A DNA stretch of 64,000 nt, taken from assembly GCA_964016885.1 (NCBI GenBank), contig OZ024741.1:114328001-114392000 (forward strand), in the 5' to 3' direction. This document shows, one piece after another, positions 40,746-55,239 of the stretch. A program made the translations under genes and the position numbers. Below the pieces are notes generated by a model, which was not told the origin of the DNA, did no database searches, and was given only the letters and a program-made list of their open reading frames with translations. Every line of letters starts with the position of its first letter. The stretch's first letter is position 1. The stretch is from Eledone cirrhosa (Eukaryota).

Positions 40746-43700
40746 CTAGCAGAAACGCCCGGCGAAAAAAGCAAAATATGTTGTATAGAAATTTGTTATT
40801 CTAAATTCAATTTATTCTTCAATCGGGATACATAATGAAATCAATTCTGAATTCATAATACAAAAAAGAAAGAAAACAAACAAAATTTACCACTTTTATG
40901 AAAGGAGATACATTCTATCACATATGTTGAAGGAAAGTACGTAAGAACCTCTGGGTAAACAACATTCTTTGTTTTCTGGTTTGGAGCATAGACAAATAAG
41001 TCTTGTAAACTACCTTCCCTGGAGCAACCAACATAAAGTTGACCATGAGAAAAGCAAGCCTCAATTGAGTGCAAGCCAGTAGATTTCAAAGTCTGACCTT
41101 GAGCTTTTTTAATAGACATTGCGAAGCAAAGTCGCACTGGGAATTGTATTCGTTTGAACTCAAATGGCATGTCTGTTGGTTTGACTGGAATTCTGGGAAT
41201 GAAAACATCTTCCCTAGAAGCACATCCATTGATGATGGTAGCTTCTATCACATTATGTGATAATGTCTTTACAATCAACCTTGACCCATTGCATAACTTA
41301 GGAGGATCTAAATTTCTTAGAAGCATTATTGGGACTCCTACTTTCAGAAAAAGTTTATGTGGAAGAGTTCCAGGTGGCTCAACAGAATTAAGAAACTCTG
41401 TTGGGTAGTGGACAGCTTGATTTTCATCAAGGACTGAATCAACTGATTTGTACTCCTTAATAACTGTTGGAATCTTATTCATTAATTTATGGTTAATCCT
41501 TGCTACTGTCTTATTTTTTGGAGCAAGAATTACCCTTTCACTCAACCATTTATGTGAATTATAATTATTACTTAAGTCTGAAAATAGCCTGTTCTTCAAT
41601 TCAGCTGGGGAATTCACCATGATAGCAATATGAGCCAAATTGATATCACCATTCCTATCAATTGGTACTTTCCCATTTCCTAATTGGAGGAGCCGGGTTG
41701 AAAACTGTCCTGCACATTTGTCCCTATGTAATAAAACTCGCATGGTAGTATTGAAGGAGAATTTCTGTACTTTATTCCATTGGCGTGAAGACTTAATGCA
41801 TGCTTTTGTTTTATCAGCTCTTGTTCTCGGAATGACTGGTAATGTCTGTCTGAAGTCTCCTGATAAAACTAATGTAACTCATCCTGTAAGGTCTTATCAA
41901 GAGCTTCCATTGCACCTCTATCTGACATGGTGTATTCATCCCAAATAATCAGGTGGCATTGGCACAATACTTCTGCTGAACCTGAAGCTTTGCTTGTGTT
42001 ACAAAATGGACTGTTTAGCGGTAACTTAAAAGCAGAATGAGCTGTTCGTCCTCCTGGGAGAAGGATGGCTGTAATGCCAGACGATGCTACAGCAACTGCA
42101 ATTCTTTTTTGTTGCCTTACCTTGGAGAGAAGCAATGTTGTTACAAATGTTTTACATGTGCCACCAGGAGCATCAAGAGAGGAAATTCATCCGCTTTTTT
42201 CTCTGACTGACGAAATAATTTTATCATATGCACAGAATTGTTCTGGGAGAAGTTTAGATTCATGTTCATTGACAAAAACAGCCAACTCTGTGATGTCATA
42301 ATTTGTCTCTCTTGCTATGTCTCTTGAGGTTAACGCACTAACTCGGTGGTTTGTTTTTGGCAGTCCAGAGCCAGACCCTTGCAAATTTTTGCCTCCCATA
42401 GCCCAAACTTGATCCTCAATTTCAAACAGTGCTTGGTTAAAATTTTTTTCAGAGAAGTGAATATTTATATCTGGGGTTGCCTGTTGAACTGCTTACTTTA
42501 AGTCCTCAGCCATGTCCTCACGATGTTTCATCCAACGCTGTGAGGGAGTGCCAAGTTGACACATGTTCAGCATAATTGCAAAAAGGTTACGGAGTTTCCT
42601 TGGAGAATCTGACACTGATGCTTCAGTCAATGCATAGTCCCAATGCTCATCATTTTCTTAAAAGAACTTGCTGTTTCCCCATAAGTTTCTCACACATGAC
42701 GATCCACCCCACTCAAATCTTGAAATGATTTGGGACCATGTGCTTCATGCAAAAGGAACCGTAAGTAGTGGCATTATGCCTGGTTTGGGTGGACACTAAA
42801 CTCTAACAAGAGCGTCAGTCCCACGTTTCCTCTTGCGCCATTTATTGTTTCTCCAGATGTAATACTTGGGTAATTCTAGGTAAAGGAGTTTTCTTGCATC
42901 TTTATCTTCTTGACACAACTTAAAAAAGGCAGTAAAGGTAGTTTCTTTTGGAGAAAGTGCTTGTTGCCAGGCTGTTTGTTTTGTAAAGATAACCATTTGG
43001 CCATTTTGTAGATGGACACACAGATTAATGATGGCTGGGTGCCTCTCATGAATGGGAAAATTGAAGATGCGCCAAAAAGCCTTATTGCTATAGATGTCTC
43101 TTCCTCTCTCATACTGTGTAACTTCGTCACTTTTATTTATCTGCTCACTGCCATTCTGCATAAGAGTGTATGTTGCAGCATCTAAACCTTTGTTTATATA
43201 TTTGCAACATACTTGATACACTTATCAGAGCTGCAGAATTCAACATTGATATAGGCTTTGAAAATGATTGTAAGAAGAGAACAGTAGGGTACAACCCACC
43301 GATTGTCAATAATGAATTCTTGCCCATTTCTCATTTTTCTTTCAAAGTGAATCCGCCACGCCCAGGGTTTTTTCTCTCCTGTAAAGTGGGTAGCCACCTC
43401 CTTCACTTTGGGTTTCTTGTACATAGGGACGTGGGTAGTTGTTAGCACACTTATTATCCCTCATGCATGGGGATGATGGATTAATTGAACCACAGGGCCA
43501 ATGAATCATCTAGGACATGACAATTTCATGCAGCAAAGGATCATGCTGTGGATCAGGCAATTCAGCTGAGATAAATAAATCAATATCATTTTGCCAAAGT
43601 TTTTCATGTAACCAAATCAAAATGTGGGTGTGTGGCAATCCTCGTTTTTGCCATTCAGTTATGTACATGTCACATTTGACTGGTCGAAAGACTTCAGCTT

Positions 43701-45970
43701 TTTTATGAGATCCATCAGCTTTAAGACTTTAAGTCTGAACATCCTAGCTATAATATTATGACGATCTTTGGGTTCTTGATGATGATAAAGCTCACTCTTT
43801 ATTTCATGCCATGTTGGGTTACATGTGAATGTAACAAAGAGGTCTGGACGACCAAAGCGTCTGACATATATAAGTGCATCTTGGGTACGCTCATGCATAT
43901 ACCATGGACTTCCTGTAAATCTTGATAGAAGAATGCCACAAAGCTGTCCAATGTTATCAACAGCCAATGCTCCTTCATTACTGATTGCATCTCTGAGGTG
44001 AATATTATCTTATGCACAGAGATCTTTCTGATGTATTCTAATGTAAAAAAGCCTTTCTCCTTCAATTTTGACATAGATATCAACTGCAAATTGCTGGAAG
44101 AGCTCACGTTAACGATGAAGAATATTGAAATTTTGCTCTCTTAACATGAAAAGGTAAGCACAGAATCCCTTACAGCTTACTGTTTTTGTCAGTACAGGAG
44201 CGTTTGTTTTAAAATGTTTTTTAAATACCAAAGTGATATCTATCTTGGCCAAATACACAAATTAATGGATACTGGAGTGCATCATATGATCGGTGAGTTG
44301 CATTTATCCGCTGCATCATATTTCCTCTTCCTTGAATAATAATATCTTTCTTCCCATACTTATCGCATGTAATAATTGCTGCTTCTTCATTTGCGGCAGG
44401 GGCATTGTAGCGGCCTTTGTATTCAGCAACAGGCGTTTTGTCTGCATCAATAACTAGCTTGTATTCAACGGGTGGTGCAGATTCTAATGCATACTTAAAG
44501 CTTCTGATGTAGCTATTGTTTGCATGCAACATATCTTGCAGATCAAAGATTAACTCTTCTTTCAACCTTGGCAGGTTAAATGACCGCTGCAAAGCCTGCT
44601 CCTTGTAATTTGCCACAAGAAGATTTTTGAATTCAGTTGGCAACAAAGATCCAATACGATAGTATACTTGACCTTGAACTTTAAAACTTGGCTTCATGTT
44701 CCCTTTTCTTATAATATTGCTACCAAAGGAGGTCATTTGGAAAGCAGAATTATAATTCCTAATGTTTTTCAAGAAGTGCATGCTCATTGGTGTGTGTTCC
44801 CAAAAGCAATGCCTTTCAAAGTATCTGGGGGTCTGCCAAATGTCAGTAAAACAACCATTCCTCCACCAAAACACAAAGTTGTGGTTTCTCCTTCCCATTT
44901 CATTCCTTTATAAAAAACTGAACTCGTTTGACATTGCTTCAATATCAATTTCTCTGTCAAATAATCATGTTTTGGATCATAGTTGAAAGCTGATCTTTTC
45001 CAAGTTTCCTTGAAAGGTGCACTCTTTTGTCAAACGTATTCAGCCTGTCTTGATCAAGACGCTTACATCTTGTCTCTGGGGATTGGCGAACTGTTTGATC
45101 CTAGTTTTTTCTTTGTCTAATCTCTCGCTGACCCATTGTCTCATTGCCAACTCTGTCAGCTTGTGTTTGTCTTGCATCCTTTAAACATTTTTCTATTTCC
45201 TTCTTTGACTCTTGGCTCCTGCGGATTGCATTTTGTTGATGTAATTGTTCTAACCGTTTTCCCCTTGCCTCTTGTGACTCATTGGTCCTGCGTACATCAG
45301 CTCTCCTCCGGTCATTTTTATATCTTTGCAGTCGTTGTGCAGGGTTCTCTAGTGACCTTGCTCTGGCTACCTGTACTCGTATTTGCTTCATTGTAGAATA
45401 CTGATCATCTACATCTACCCCGCCTCCTCCTGTAGAGAGTGAGAACATTTTTCTCTGAAACCTTTTTGAAAATTAAAATGGAGATTAAATGAAAAAATGA
45501 GTGAAAGTTACGTGAATATCTTCACAAGAGTGATTGAAATAAATGGCGATTGTAGAACGCCGCACGCATGCGCACACCCACACACACGCAAACGCACACT
45601 CGCATACAAACACACACACGCACACACATGTTGATAGTTTTTACTTTCTCTATTCTCTCTGTCTTTTTCTCATTCTGTGTTTCTCTCGCTCACACATATT
45701 CTCTCTCACCCTATGTAACACTTCCTCTCTTTTAGTCTGTCTGTTTCTTTCACACACTCTCTCTATTTATCTATCGCTCATTGTAACTCACTCACACACT
45801 CACACTATTTACATTTTTCCCTCTATCGAAAAACGTCTGACAATGGAGTAGGAGAAGTAAAGAGCCACTTCCTCACATTTCCTGTTTCTTTCTCATCCCT
45901 CTCACCCCCTCATTGACATTATGCACAGACATACAAATACACATACATCTGCTTATATAGGTATGGTATA
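40746..45970 (-). mobile_element. Helitron, autonomous type (HUH Rep plus PIF1 helicase), pseudogenised
   Basis: YDALQYPL, GSPWYM, FGRPDLFVTFTCNPTW, EWQKRGLPHTHIL, CKYINKG, GGTCKTF, GGRTAHSAFKLP, IIWDE, QFPVRLCFAMSIKKAQGQT, HGQLYVGCSR; 3' CTAG|T at 40746; 5' end approximate. Confidence 0.93.
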
Positions 45971-46289
45971 TTCCCGTCACGTCTACAATCCATTTTGGCA
46001 GATGTCTGTCACCTGATCTTTGAAGATAGTTAAAAAATGTTTAAAGTCTGTCTCAAGCCCGGAAAATCATCAAGCCAGGTGTTACCTCGGTTTAATATCT
46101 TGCAGCTTCTGTGCTGTTGGTATTCATGTGCAGGTGAGTTGATGAAGCACGTGAAATCAACTATTTTGCTCAAGAACACAACACACCACATTGTTCAGGA
46201 ATTGAACCCACGACATTAATATCATAAACCTAACTCTCTAACCATCAGGCCACACATATTGAAAGACATTCCAAACAGATTCTTCAAGG

Positions 46290-46740
46290 CATACAAACCA
46301 ATTCATATCACAAAGACAACTAAACTTGCAATTAGATTCTAATAGTATCACCAACATTTCGAGTTTGTACGGCAGTCTAGCCATGCAGCATCTCAATTAA
46401 GACGAATAATAGAAATCGATAATAACACAACAATGACCATAACTTCCTTTTACTATCTTGGCTGTACGATAACACACAGTGCTATAATTGACAGAGAAAT
46501 CGCTCTGCACTTTGGAAAATTCGGTATGTCTTTTCAAAATGAAAATATATCCTTACGGCTATGGAAATGCTGTATCACTTAAAACATTTAGGGTTATCGT
46601 GGCGTAGCTATCCCTAAATTATTGTATAGATATGATATCTGAATACTAAACAGAAAATAAATTCACTGGGAGCATAAAATGTTTGAGGTTAATATGTAAT
46701 ATTTCATGGGTGGAAAAGATACCAAATAGCAACATTCTAG
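46290..46740 (+). mobile_element. Highly decayed RTE-like RT C-terminal fragment
   Basis: YLGCTI..IDREI remnant, like YLGSTV..LDNEI at 58120. Confidence 0.4.
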
Positions 46741-46749
46741 TATAATATG

Positions 46750-46990
46750 GAGCGGATTGACAGAATTAGTGGAGAGTTGGCTAAAATGTCATTTTGGTAT
46801 TTATCCCGGCTCTTTACCTTCTGAGTTCAAATCCTGCCAAATTGAACTTTGCCTTTCACTCTTCTAGGATCGATAAAATAAAGTACACTTCAATCATTTG
46901 AGTTCATTTAATTTACTTTGCCTTTCTTCCAAAATCTGCTGAACTTGAGCCTAAATTAGCCTAAATTAGCCTAAATTAGAAATCAATATT
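46750..46990 (+). mobile_element. Diverged tRNA-derived SINE (further diverged or partial copies at ~10830, 12900, 13900, 20850, 23690, 23978, 24670, 24985, 27220, 53738)
   Basis: B box GAGTTCAAATCC and core sequence. Confidence 0.75.
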
Positions 46991-48662
46991 CTAGTGTCAG
47001 TAAAACATATTTAGTGTTCTGCCAGACCCAGGGTTATTTACTCGAGTAAATGCCACTAGAGAGCGCTACACATATATGAGTGTTGTATGTACAAATATGC
47101 AGAGTGGAACATGTCATTCGTATAAAAAAATTTAGAACCTCCCTCAGATTTCTTTTATAGTCAGCTTCCAAATGCCACTCCATCTTCACTTGACCAGTAC
47201 TTTTGTAAAACCCCAGAAAAGATGAACGGCCACGTTGACCACGGTGAGGTTTCGATCTAAGAGCGCAGTGAACTACAAAAATAAATTTTTTTTTTATTTG
47301 ACGCACTAAAGACTCTATCAATTCGTATGGGGTTTATACGTCAACTTGTGGTTAAGTGATTGCCCCCATTCCGCTCATCACCATATAATGACAGTGGGAA
47401 TAAAATTGTAATTTAATCAACTAACGCATTTATATACTCTAAATTTGATGTCAAAAACTGTTGGGTTGCCATAGTCTGGTAGTTTATGCAACTGCCCAGT
47501 TTACAGCAGATGTGATGTTCGATTCTCGGAGACGGCACCGTCACATTTTCTTCTTCTATGTTCACTTATTCCTGAGAGTATCGTGGGAGCAGGGTCCTCA
47601 AATACTCCTTCCAACGGGTCGTGTTAGAAGCAACCGTCTCCGTGATACTAGAACCAGCTTCAGTGGTCTCTACTCAAATGAAGAGTACGTTATTTTAGGC
47701 AAAGGAGTTTGTGTTTAAGTATACACAAGACGGAACATGTTTTAACGGTTTTCTATAAAAATGAGGTACACGAAAACCTAGTTAGATATTCGCAATTTTA
47801 GTAGAATACAAATTAATTCATATGCAAAGGTAAATGCACGCGGATCGCATACATATATCCTTATAAATATGTATAATACTAAGGGATGATATGTATCAGA
47901 AACACTTAGAGAAAATTATAAAATGTAATAAGACTAACAACGAAAATAAGAACTATAATATTGCTATAATATTGACATGAATTTTAATTGAAAAATGTTG
48001 TAGAGATAGAAAACATACAAAAAGGGTGTGTAGAAATATTTCAAAGTTAATCACATATTTGAAAACGAAAAATAAAAATAAACTAAGAGCATCAACATAC
48101 ATTTAACACGAACTTATATATGTTGCTTTATTTGTTACTTAAAAGTATTACAATTTTCAGTAATGGATATAACATTACCAAACACGATTACCATTAAAAG
48201 TTTTTAAAGATTTTTACGTAAAAAATAATAGCAAAGCAAATTCATGACAGATGAACGCGCGCACACATATACGCACAATCACGCGCTCACACATATATAT
48301 ATATATGTGGTCGGGATAGTGAGTTGAATATGTGGCAAATGAATTGTATCTAAAAATTGTATACATTTCATAGAGCACACATAAAAGTATATATATATAC
48401 TTATATATATATGTATATAAATATATGTATGCATAAAATACATACATATATATATATATATACATATAGATGTATGTATATACATATATATATGTAAATA
48501 TATACATATAAATATGTATATATATAAATATACATATATATATATGTATGTATATATATATATATATCTATATGCATATATACATATCTATATATACATA
48601 TAGATATGTATATATGTATATACATATATGTATGTATATGTATATATAGGGAGAGAGAGAGA

Positions 48663-48762
48663 GTTATTTCCACAACAAATATTATCAAACCATAGTCGAG
48701 GACGCGTGTTTTACCAAACACTCGTCCTCGAGTATGGTTTTCTAATTTGTTGTGAAAATAAC
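48663..48762. repeat. 100-bp imperfect hairpin (MITE-like)
   Basis: aaaccatagtcgaggacgcgtgttt / aaacactcgtcctcgagtatggttt with pairing outer arms. Confidence 0.75.
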
Positions 48763-48831
48763 GCTATACTAAACTCGTTCTTTTGACTGAGTGCTCTACC
48801 AACTACGGATATAACCTCACTGTTTATTTAC

Positions 48832-48876
<45 letters not shown>

Positions 48877-48971
48877 GAGAAAAACATGAAATCGAAAATG
48901 CAACTGGAGTCTTATTTTTATAAATATATATATATTTATTTGGTTCCTTTGGACCCTCCATCTCAACTCTA

Positions 48972-49007
48972 CTTTTGAAAAGCAGAAGAACTGCGAAAGC
49001 GGTAAAG
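48972..49007 (+). ncRNA. Minimal hammerhead, UUGAAAA core, in a second insertion (48874-49140) of the 38451 family
   Basis: ctt-TTGAAAA-gcag-aagaa-ctgc-GAAA-gcgg-TA-aag. Confidence 0.68.
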
Positions 49008-49161
49008 GAAGAAAATAAATACATATATTTAAAAAAAAAAGACTCCTGTTGCATTTTCGATTTCATCTTTTTTTCTTTATACTTTTACTCGTGTAGGACA
49101 CCTCGGTTATTTTTTATTTTGTAAAAAAACCTCACTTCCTTATATATATATATATATATAT

Positions 49162-49767
49162 AAGGATTTAAATGGATACAGTTCAGTAAAAGGAATTTAT
49201 TGACACGTGTTTCAATAACAGTTATATAACCTGAAAACAGCTGCTATCTACAAAGTATTAATTATGCAGACACTCAATATTTCAATGTTATTTTCAACTA
49301 CCATTTCATCAGAATAATATCATTGAGAACTTGTTTGGTTTTTATAGAGAATATTTAGAGGGAGGAGTGAAGTTGTTAGAAGAATAGTTAAGGGAGTGGA
49401 TAGAAATTTTTGATACCAGCGGGTAATTAGATTCCCATCTGTTATTTTGTTAGTTGAGTTTGAAATTTTTATAGAATATTCATTATTTGGCGTTGGTTGT
49501 ATTGGTTATTTTTCTAAATCTATAGAAGGATTAGAGATAGTAAAGATATGCATGGTTGGTTTTGTGTTTGCACTTAATTCACATACAGACTTAAATTTTT
49601 CTTTCAAGTGTACGTATCCATTCGCCCACACATAAATATATGCGTATATATACTTATTTTTAAAAAAACATACACATTCACACATATACATATATGTACA
49701 CCTCTACATATACATACACTCACATACACATACTTACATGATCATACCTACATACACATATACCTGT

Positions 49768-49806
<39 letters not shown>

Positions 49807-49910
49807 TATATGTACATACATACGCATTCATGTATATACACTTTCATACTCTACTTATCTTCATATACACACATATAGACACACACATATATACATACAT
49901 ACTCTTGTCC

Positions 49911-49965
<55 letters not shown>

Positions 49966-50560
49966 CACATATACATGAATACACATACATTTAATTATAC
50001 ACATCAAACATATATATATATATATACACTCACCCACTTATTTACTTATTTATATACATTTTCACATATATACTATCATATGGTCGCTTTTAGACACATT
50101 CATTATAGCATATTCGCACCTATTCTCACCAGCATATTTATCCATTATTAGTGTGATAATTTAAGGTTTTTAATAGTACATATATATGTTGAGAAGAGAT
50201 TGTTTTTATATTTTTCTAACTAGATTGAGGATTTGTATAGTTGGGAGGATGTCCCTCCTTTATGTAATATTCAGCTTGTAGTGGGAAAAAAGGGTTTTAG
50301 TTCGGTGACGGCAGAATAATGTTCGTTCAATTCTATTATTAAGCAATTTCCTCTTGTGTGTGATTATGGAATAAATCTCAAGATTACATAATTTGCAGAA
50401 ATTTTGGCTCCTGGAAAAGCTTTGGGTTTTAGCTAATTTTTCTCATTTTAGGGTAAACTTTTGATCGCTATCCCTGAGCGTCCAAGCTTTTTCTGCTAAA
50501 GTTGTCTTCGTTTGTGTAGTTGGTGGTGCGAGTACGGAGTTAAATATTATAATAAAATAA
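49162..50560 (-). mobile_element. PLE 3' end (decayed GIY-YIG at ~50290-50530, 3' UTR, terminal repeat)
   Basis: KTTLAEKAWTLRD remnant; HHR near the 3' end; (TA)n flank. Confidence 0.65.
49197..49317 (-). ncRNA. Hammerhead ribozyme, canonical core, long stem II insert
   Basis: ttatt-CTGATGA-aatggtagtt...aactgttatt-GAAA-cacgtg-TC-aataa. Confidence 0.78.
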
Positions 50561-50599
50561 CAGGAGGTTGGACATGTGTAAACTCTTGAAAGGTTTATT

Positions 50600-50657
50600 A
50601 TACTATGATCATTTCAATGACCGAGTTCCGTATGAATCCGGTGATATCATCAGGTAT
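50600..50657 (-). ncRNA. Hammerhead ribozyme, canonical core
   Basis: atac-CTGATGA-tatcaccg...cggtcatt-GAAA-tgatca-TA-gtat. Confidence 0.72.
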
Positions 50658-50758
50658 TCGAAATATAATAAATGAATGTAACAGATAAAATCCATGGGGC
50701 TGAAAATCATAGACCCGAAGACGACCGACCATCTAGCATCTTCCACTTTAGCCGGTCG

Positions 50759-50794
<36 letters not shown>

Positions 50795-52320
50795 ATATAT
50801 TTGGAGAATTTGGGCTCTCTCGTCTATAGTGTTAATCCAGAGTTCTGTGTCTAATACAGGTAGTCTATTGTTAGGGTGTTTGGAAGGGAAGTCTATAGTT
50901 ACAGTTATACTCTGGTGTATGGAATTAGCTATCTGCTGGATGCTTTCCATCGTGCTACGTTCTAAATCAAACTTGTTAGTGCTCTCTAGTGGGGGTGTTC
51001 TTATAACTATATTGATATCGTCTACATAACGAGAGTACATGATGAGGTCTATGGAGCTTTCATTAAGGAGATCTTTAAGTCTCCTTTCCCACCATACCAT
51101 GAAAAGGTTGGCAACATCACCAGCTATGCTGACGCCGATGGCTGCTCCCTCATTTTAGGTGTAGATTTTCTCATTGAACTTAAATATGTGGCCCTTTAGG
51201 GTAGTTTTGATACTAGCCCCTATTGCATGTGCGACCATTTTTCTTACCTGATCAGTGTTTTGGGGGGTCCGTATAGCTTTGGTCCACCCAATCCACCTTC
51301 CTATGGGAGTCTTTTTAGCCATTGAGGTTATGGTGGGGGGTCTACCTCTTATAGGTCTACTAGGGCAGAAACATCTAAGGTCATGGCTGTCTAGGTAGTC
51401 AGTGTCGTAGGTAAGTCTAAGTAGGAGGCCCAGTTCGTCTGTGTCGACGTCGCAGAACTCCACCTCACTCTCAATGATCATCTCCACACATCTTTTCACA
51501 GCAAAATCAATGTTAATGGATGGGTACAGTGACACCACATCCATGCTGCCTATTATGCAGTTGGATAGGCTCCTGTTTTTGTTGCACTCACTGATTCTGC
51601 TGAGGAGGTCCTCTGTACTTTCACATACATCTGGGGACATCTTGATTATGGGGCGTATAACCATTGAGAGGAAGTAGGAGATCCTGTAGTTGCTAGCTAT
51701 ATTAGCTCCGCATACGGGTCTTGTTGGTGGTCCTGTTGTCGGGTCGTCGACTGTCTTGTGGTCTTTGCGGAGCCCATACAAGGGTGGTATGCCATTGTTA
51801 GACGCCTGGAAGTTGTTGGCAGTGCGTCTGCTTGGCTTTAGGATGTCAGTCCACATCATCATGTGAGCGTTGAGGATTTTTTCTCTCCCATCGTGTGTTA
51901 GTTGTGCAACTTCGCTCGTGTTGGTGATGTGGGGTTGCATTGCCTCGATGTAGTTCGGCATGCTATCTATTGACATCCTACCAGACTTATCTGTGGGTAG
52001 ACACACTACCTCACCATCCCTTGTGCGCTGCTTGAGGCTAACCAAGCCTTCTACAGGTTTTATCCCAAGTTGTTGGGCCTCTGGTCTGCTCTGTCTCATA
52101 GTGTACCTGTCTACTACTTGTCTAATCTTATTTCTAGCTATGGTGAACTGTGCCTCCGTCTCGTCATCTATTTGCTGTGGTATGCAAACTCTTTTATTAA
52201 AGGGTAACCTCGTAGGATAGATATTACCCATCTTATATGTTTTGTCAGCTGGGTTGAAAAATAGTTTCTCTAAGGGGTTGTCGTTATTTCTATCGTCATA
52301 GTTGTGTGTGTTGCTATTAT
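50795..52320 (-). mobile_element. Penelope-like reverse transcriptase fragment (divergent clade) with one in-frame TAA
   Basis: LPTDKSG, LYGLRKDHK, PPTRPVC, SMDVVSLYPSI, EGAAIG..GDVANLFM, YSRYVDDI, LPVLD; ORFs 51155..52336 and 50609..51100 share a frame. Confidence 0.85.
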
Positions 52321-52471
52321 AAATATATATATACATAAGTTATTTATTTAATACACAGATCAATAGTATAACAAAGAGAAATAACTGAAGGATGCAAAAT
52401 TGAAATGTCCATGTTAGCGTTTGTCTGTTTGTGTGTACGCAATATAGAACATTAAGGTATTATCTATATAA

Positions 52472-52657
52472 GTGGATTGGCAGTATCGGTAGAGGGTCTG
52501 ACGCCATCCTTTGCAGCAAAGAGTTACGGCCCTTTATTATCTGAGTTCAAATCCCGCCGAGGTCAACTTTGCCTTTCATTCTTACGGGGTCGATAAAATA
52601 AAGTACCAGTAATACACTGGGATAATTGCTGGCCTTGTGCCAAAAATAGAAAGAATT
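52472..52657 (+). mobile_element. tRNA-derived SINE
   Basis: A/B boxes and core. Confidence 0.85.
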
Positions 52658-52658
52658 A

Positions 52659-53101
52659 TCTATGTACTACTAAAACTCTGTGATTGTGTGTTTCTCTGTT
52701 ATTTAATACAGCCAAAACAGCGCCTAATGGGAATATACTTTGAAAGTAAGTTGTCGCTGAAATGGGAATGCAAATGGAATAAATCAAGTTTTTCGTAAAT
52801 CGGAGCACTCGTTCCCGAAATGCGGGGTTTTTTCTGGTACCTTCATAAATAGAGAGAAAGATAGAGAGAAAGAGATAGTGGTTGTGAGAGAGTAAATTGA
52901 AAGAGAGACATAGAGAGAGAGGAGACAGAGAAGGAAAATGGAAGACACACACAAATACATATATATGGGCCTTTCAATTTCATTTTACATTATATACATG
53001 CCTGTGTATATTCTAATTACTTAAAAATTATTTTTAAGTAAACATGATTTACAAAAGCTGTTTTTAAGCGAACGAGACTAAACGGGTCACGGGTGGTCTA
53101 G
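52659..53101 (+). mobile_element. Non-autonomous Helitron inserted in the SINE tail
   Basis: A|TCTATGTACTACTAAAACTC ... cacgggtggtCTAG|T; 3' hairpin eroded. Confidence 0.6.
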
Positions 53102-53416
53102 TGTAATATAGAGATGCTTATATTTAACAAGCTATGGAGCTGAGTAGTATAGAATGTGTACCATATGTAAGTGTGGAAAAAGAAAAGTTATTATAAACGT
53201 ATAGAAATCATTATCAAGGTAGTAGAAAATCAGTTGAATTCATTGAGTGCTTCCACTCTAAAATCTCGTTCTTAAAGTTCAAATAATTATTGTTGACAGA
53301 CGACAAATCTTGAAATATTCTAAAGTTTTCACTGAGAGAGAGACAACATTTCTTTGTATTGTTGGTATAATGTCTGGTCCTTTCAAGTAACTTTCAAATA
53401 GTCTTATGTGCAACAC

Positions 53417-53452
<36 letters not shown>

Positions 53453-53526
53453 TTCAAGAGTAACCAATCTTAAAGAGAGAGATGGAGATAGGAGAGGAGA
53501 TATGTAAACGGACATTATTATTACTC

Positions 53527-53712
53527 GGTGGATTGGCAGTATCGGTAGAGGGTCGAACGCCATGCTTTCCAGCATAGTTACGTCCCTTTACGATCTGAGT
53601 TCAAATCCCGCCGAGGTTGACTTTGCCTTTCATCCTTACGGGGTTGACAAAATAAAGTACCAGTAATGCACTGGTTAATTGCTGGCCTTGTGCCTAAAAG
53701 TAGAAACAATTA
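53527..53712 (+). mobile_element. tRNA-derived SINE
   Basis: A/B boxes, core, (ATT)n tail. Confidence 0.87.
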
Positions 53713-53899
53713 TTACTAATATTATTAATATTATTCTCTTTGCCTTTCATCCTTACGGGGTCGATAAAATAAAGTACCAGTAAAGTAGAAACAATTATTA
53801 TTATTATTCTCTACATTCCTTACATCAAACTAAAATATGTTGACAATCTTTTAATAATGTCTTCCTTGTGAAATTTGTGGTCTTGTTTTGCTTAACTAA

Positions 53900-53930
<31 letters not shown>

Positions 53931-54037
53931 TCCAGAGTCGGGCCCCTATCGGTAGAAATTGAACCTAGAACTGATAAATCGCGAAACGCGCGCCACATCT
54001 CAATAAATGTAATGAAGATCTAACACCTCGTCCTTTT

Positions 54038-54115
<78 letters not shown>

Positions 54116-54279
54116 TATATTTTTCATTCTCTATAACCCAACGGCTTATTTTAAAAATAAAAATATCCAATACTAATAATAATATAAGTAAACAACTCCA
54201 CTATCTGGGAGCTTCCAACAGTAATGGTTGCATTTTTTAAGGGTATGTCAATATTTATTTATAAAACTGATCTATATTA

Positions 54280-54344
54280 TATTTTGTCTGATGAAAGCAC
54301 ACCATAATTTAACTTGGTGTCCTTGAAATATGTATAATGAAATA
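54280..54344 (+). ncRNA. Hammerhead ribozyme, canonical core
   Basis: tattttgt-CTGATGA-aagcacacc...ggtgtcctt-GAAA-tatgta-TA-atgaaata. Confidence 0.75.
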
Positions 54345-54471
54345 AATATGGTTTTATAAATATAGTTTCCATTTGTTAATATCGTATGTTTACTCCAAAT
54401 ACTTGTTGAGTGCTTTATATCAGTTATAAAAATATTTGCTTGTTGTATCCCAACAATTTAAATAGAAATTT

Positions 54472-54531
<60 letters not shown>

Positions 54532-54623
54532 GGAGGTGAGTTTTATTGTAGTACAATAAAGCAATGCAGATATCGGATAAGAAGCACTCTACAGTTTGTT
54601 GGACTGGAGTATACATAATATAT

Positions 54624-55239
54624 AAGAACAAAAGATGGTTAAAATAGTTCCATGTATTTTATTATGCGCATTTCAGATTATTCATCCTCAATTCATTATT
54701 CTTTTCTCCCTATCATCTAACTCATTATTCTCAATACATATTAACTCTTTCTTTTTCTTCGCACATATTATCAAACCCATCAATATACAAACCTTAACTT
54801 TACATTATTTTTCTCTTCGTTAATTTTCAAATTCTTTTAATTTATACATTATCTTCCAACGGTTTTCAACCTCTCTATGTAAAACAATATATCTTTCTCA
54901 GTTATAAAAGCTATCTTTCTCTCTCTATCACCCATCTCTCCTCCTATCTCATCCTTCCTCATTATACTCCTCCTTCTCCACCTTCACTCTCATCTCCTTC
55001 TTTTTTTCATCCTTTCCACCCCCCCTCTAAATAAAATATTTTTCCCAATATCACACATCAATCTAAAACTACTTCTCATATGTTGATTTAAAACTGAACT
55101 ATCCACGAGTGTTTTTTAACCTTCATATCATGTCCTCCTGTTTTATCTGATGAAAACACAAATATTATTGCATGATGATATTTGTTTTTGAAATGCGCAT
55201 AATAAAATACATGGAACTCTTTTAACCATCTTTTGTTCT

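Noticed and set aside
40853-41743. Host PIF1 helicase gene
   Set aside because: Colinear with Helitron Rep motifs and terminus, intronless and frameshifted
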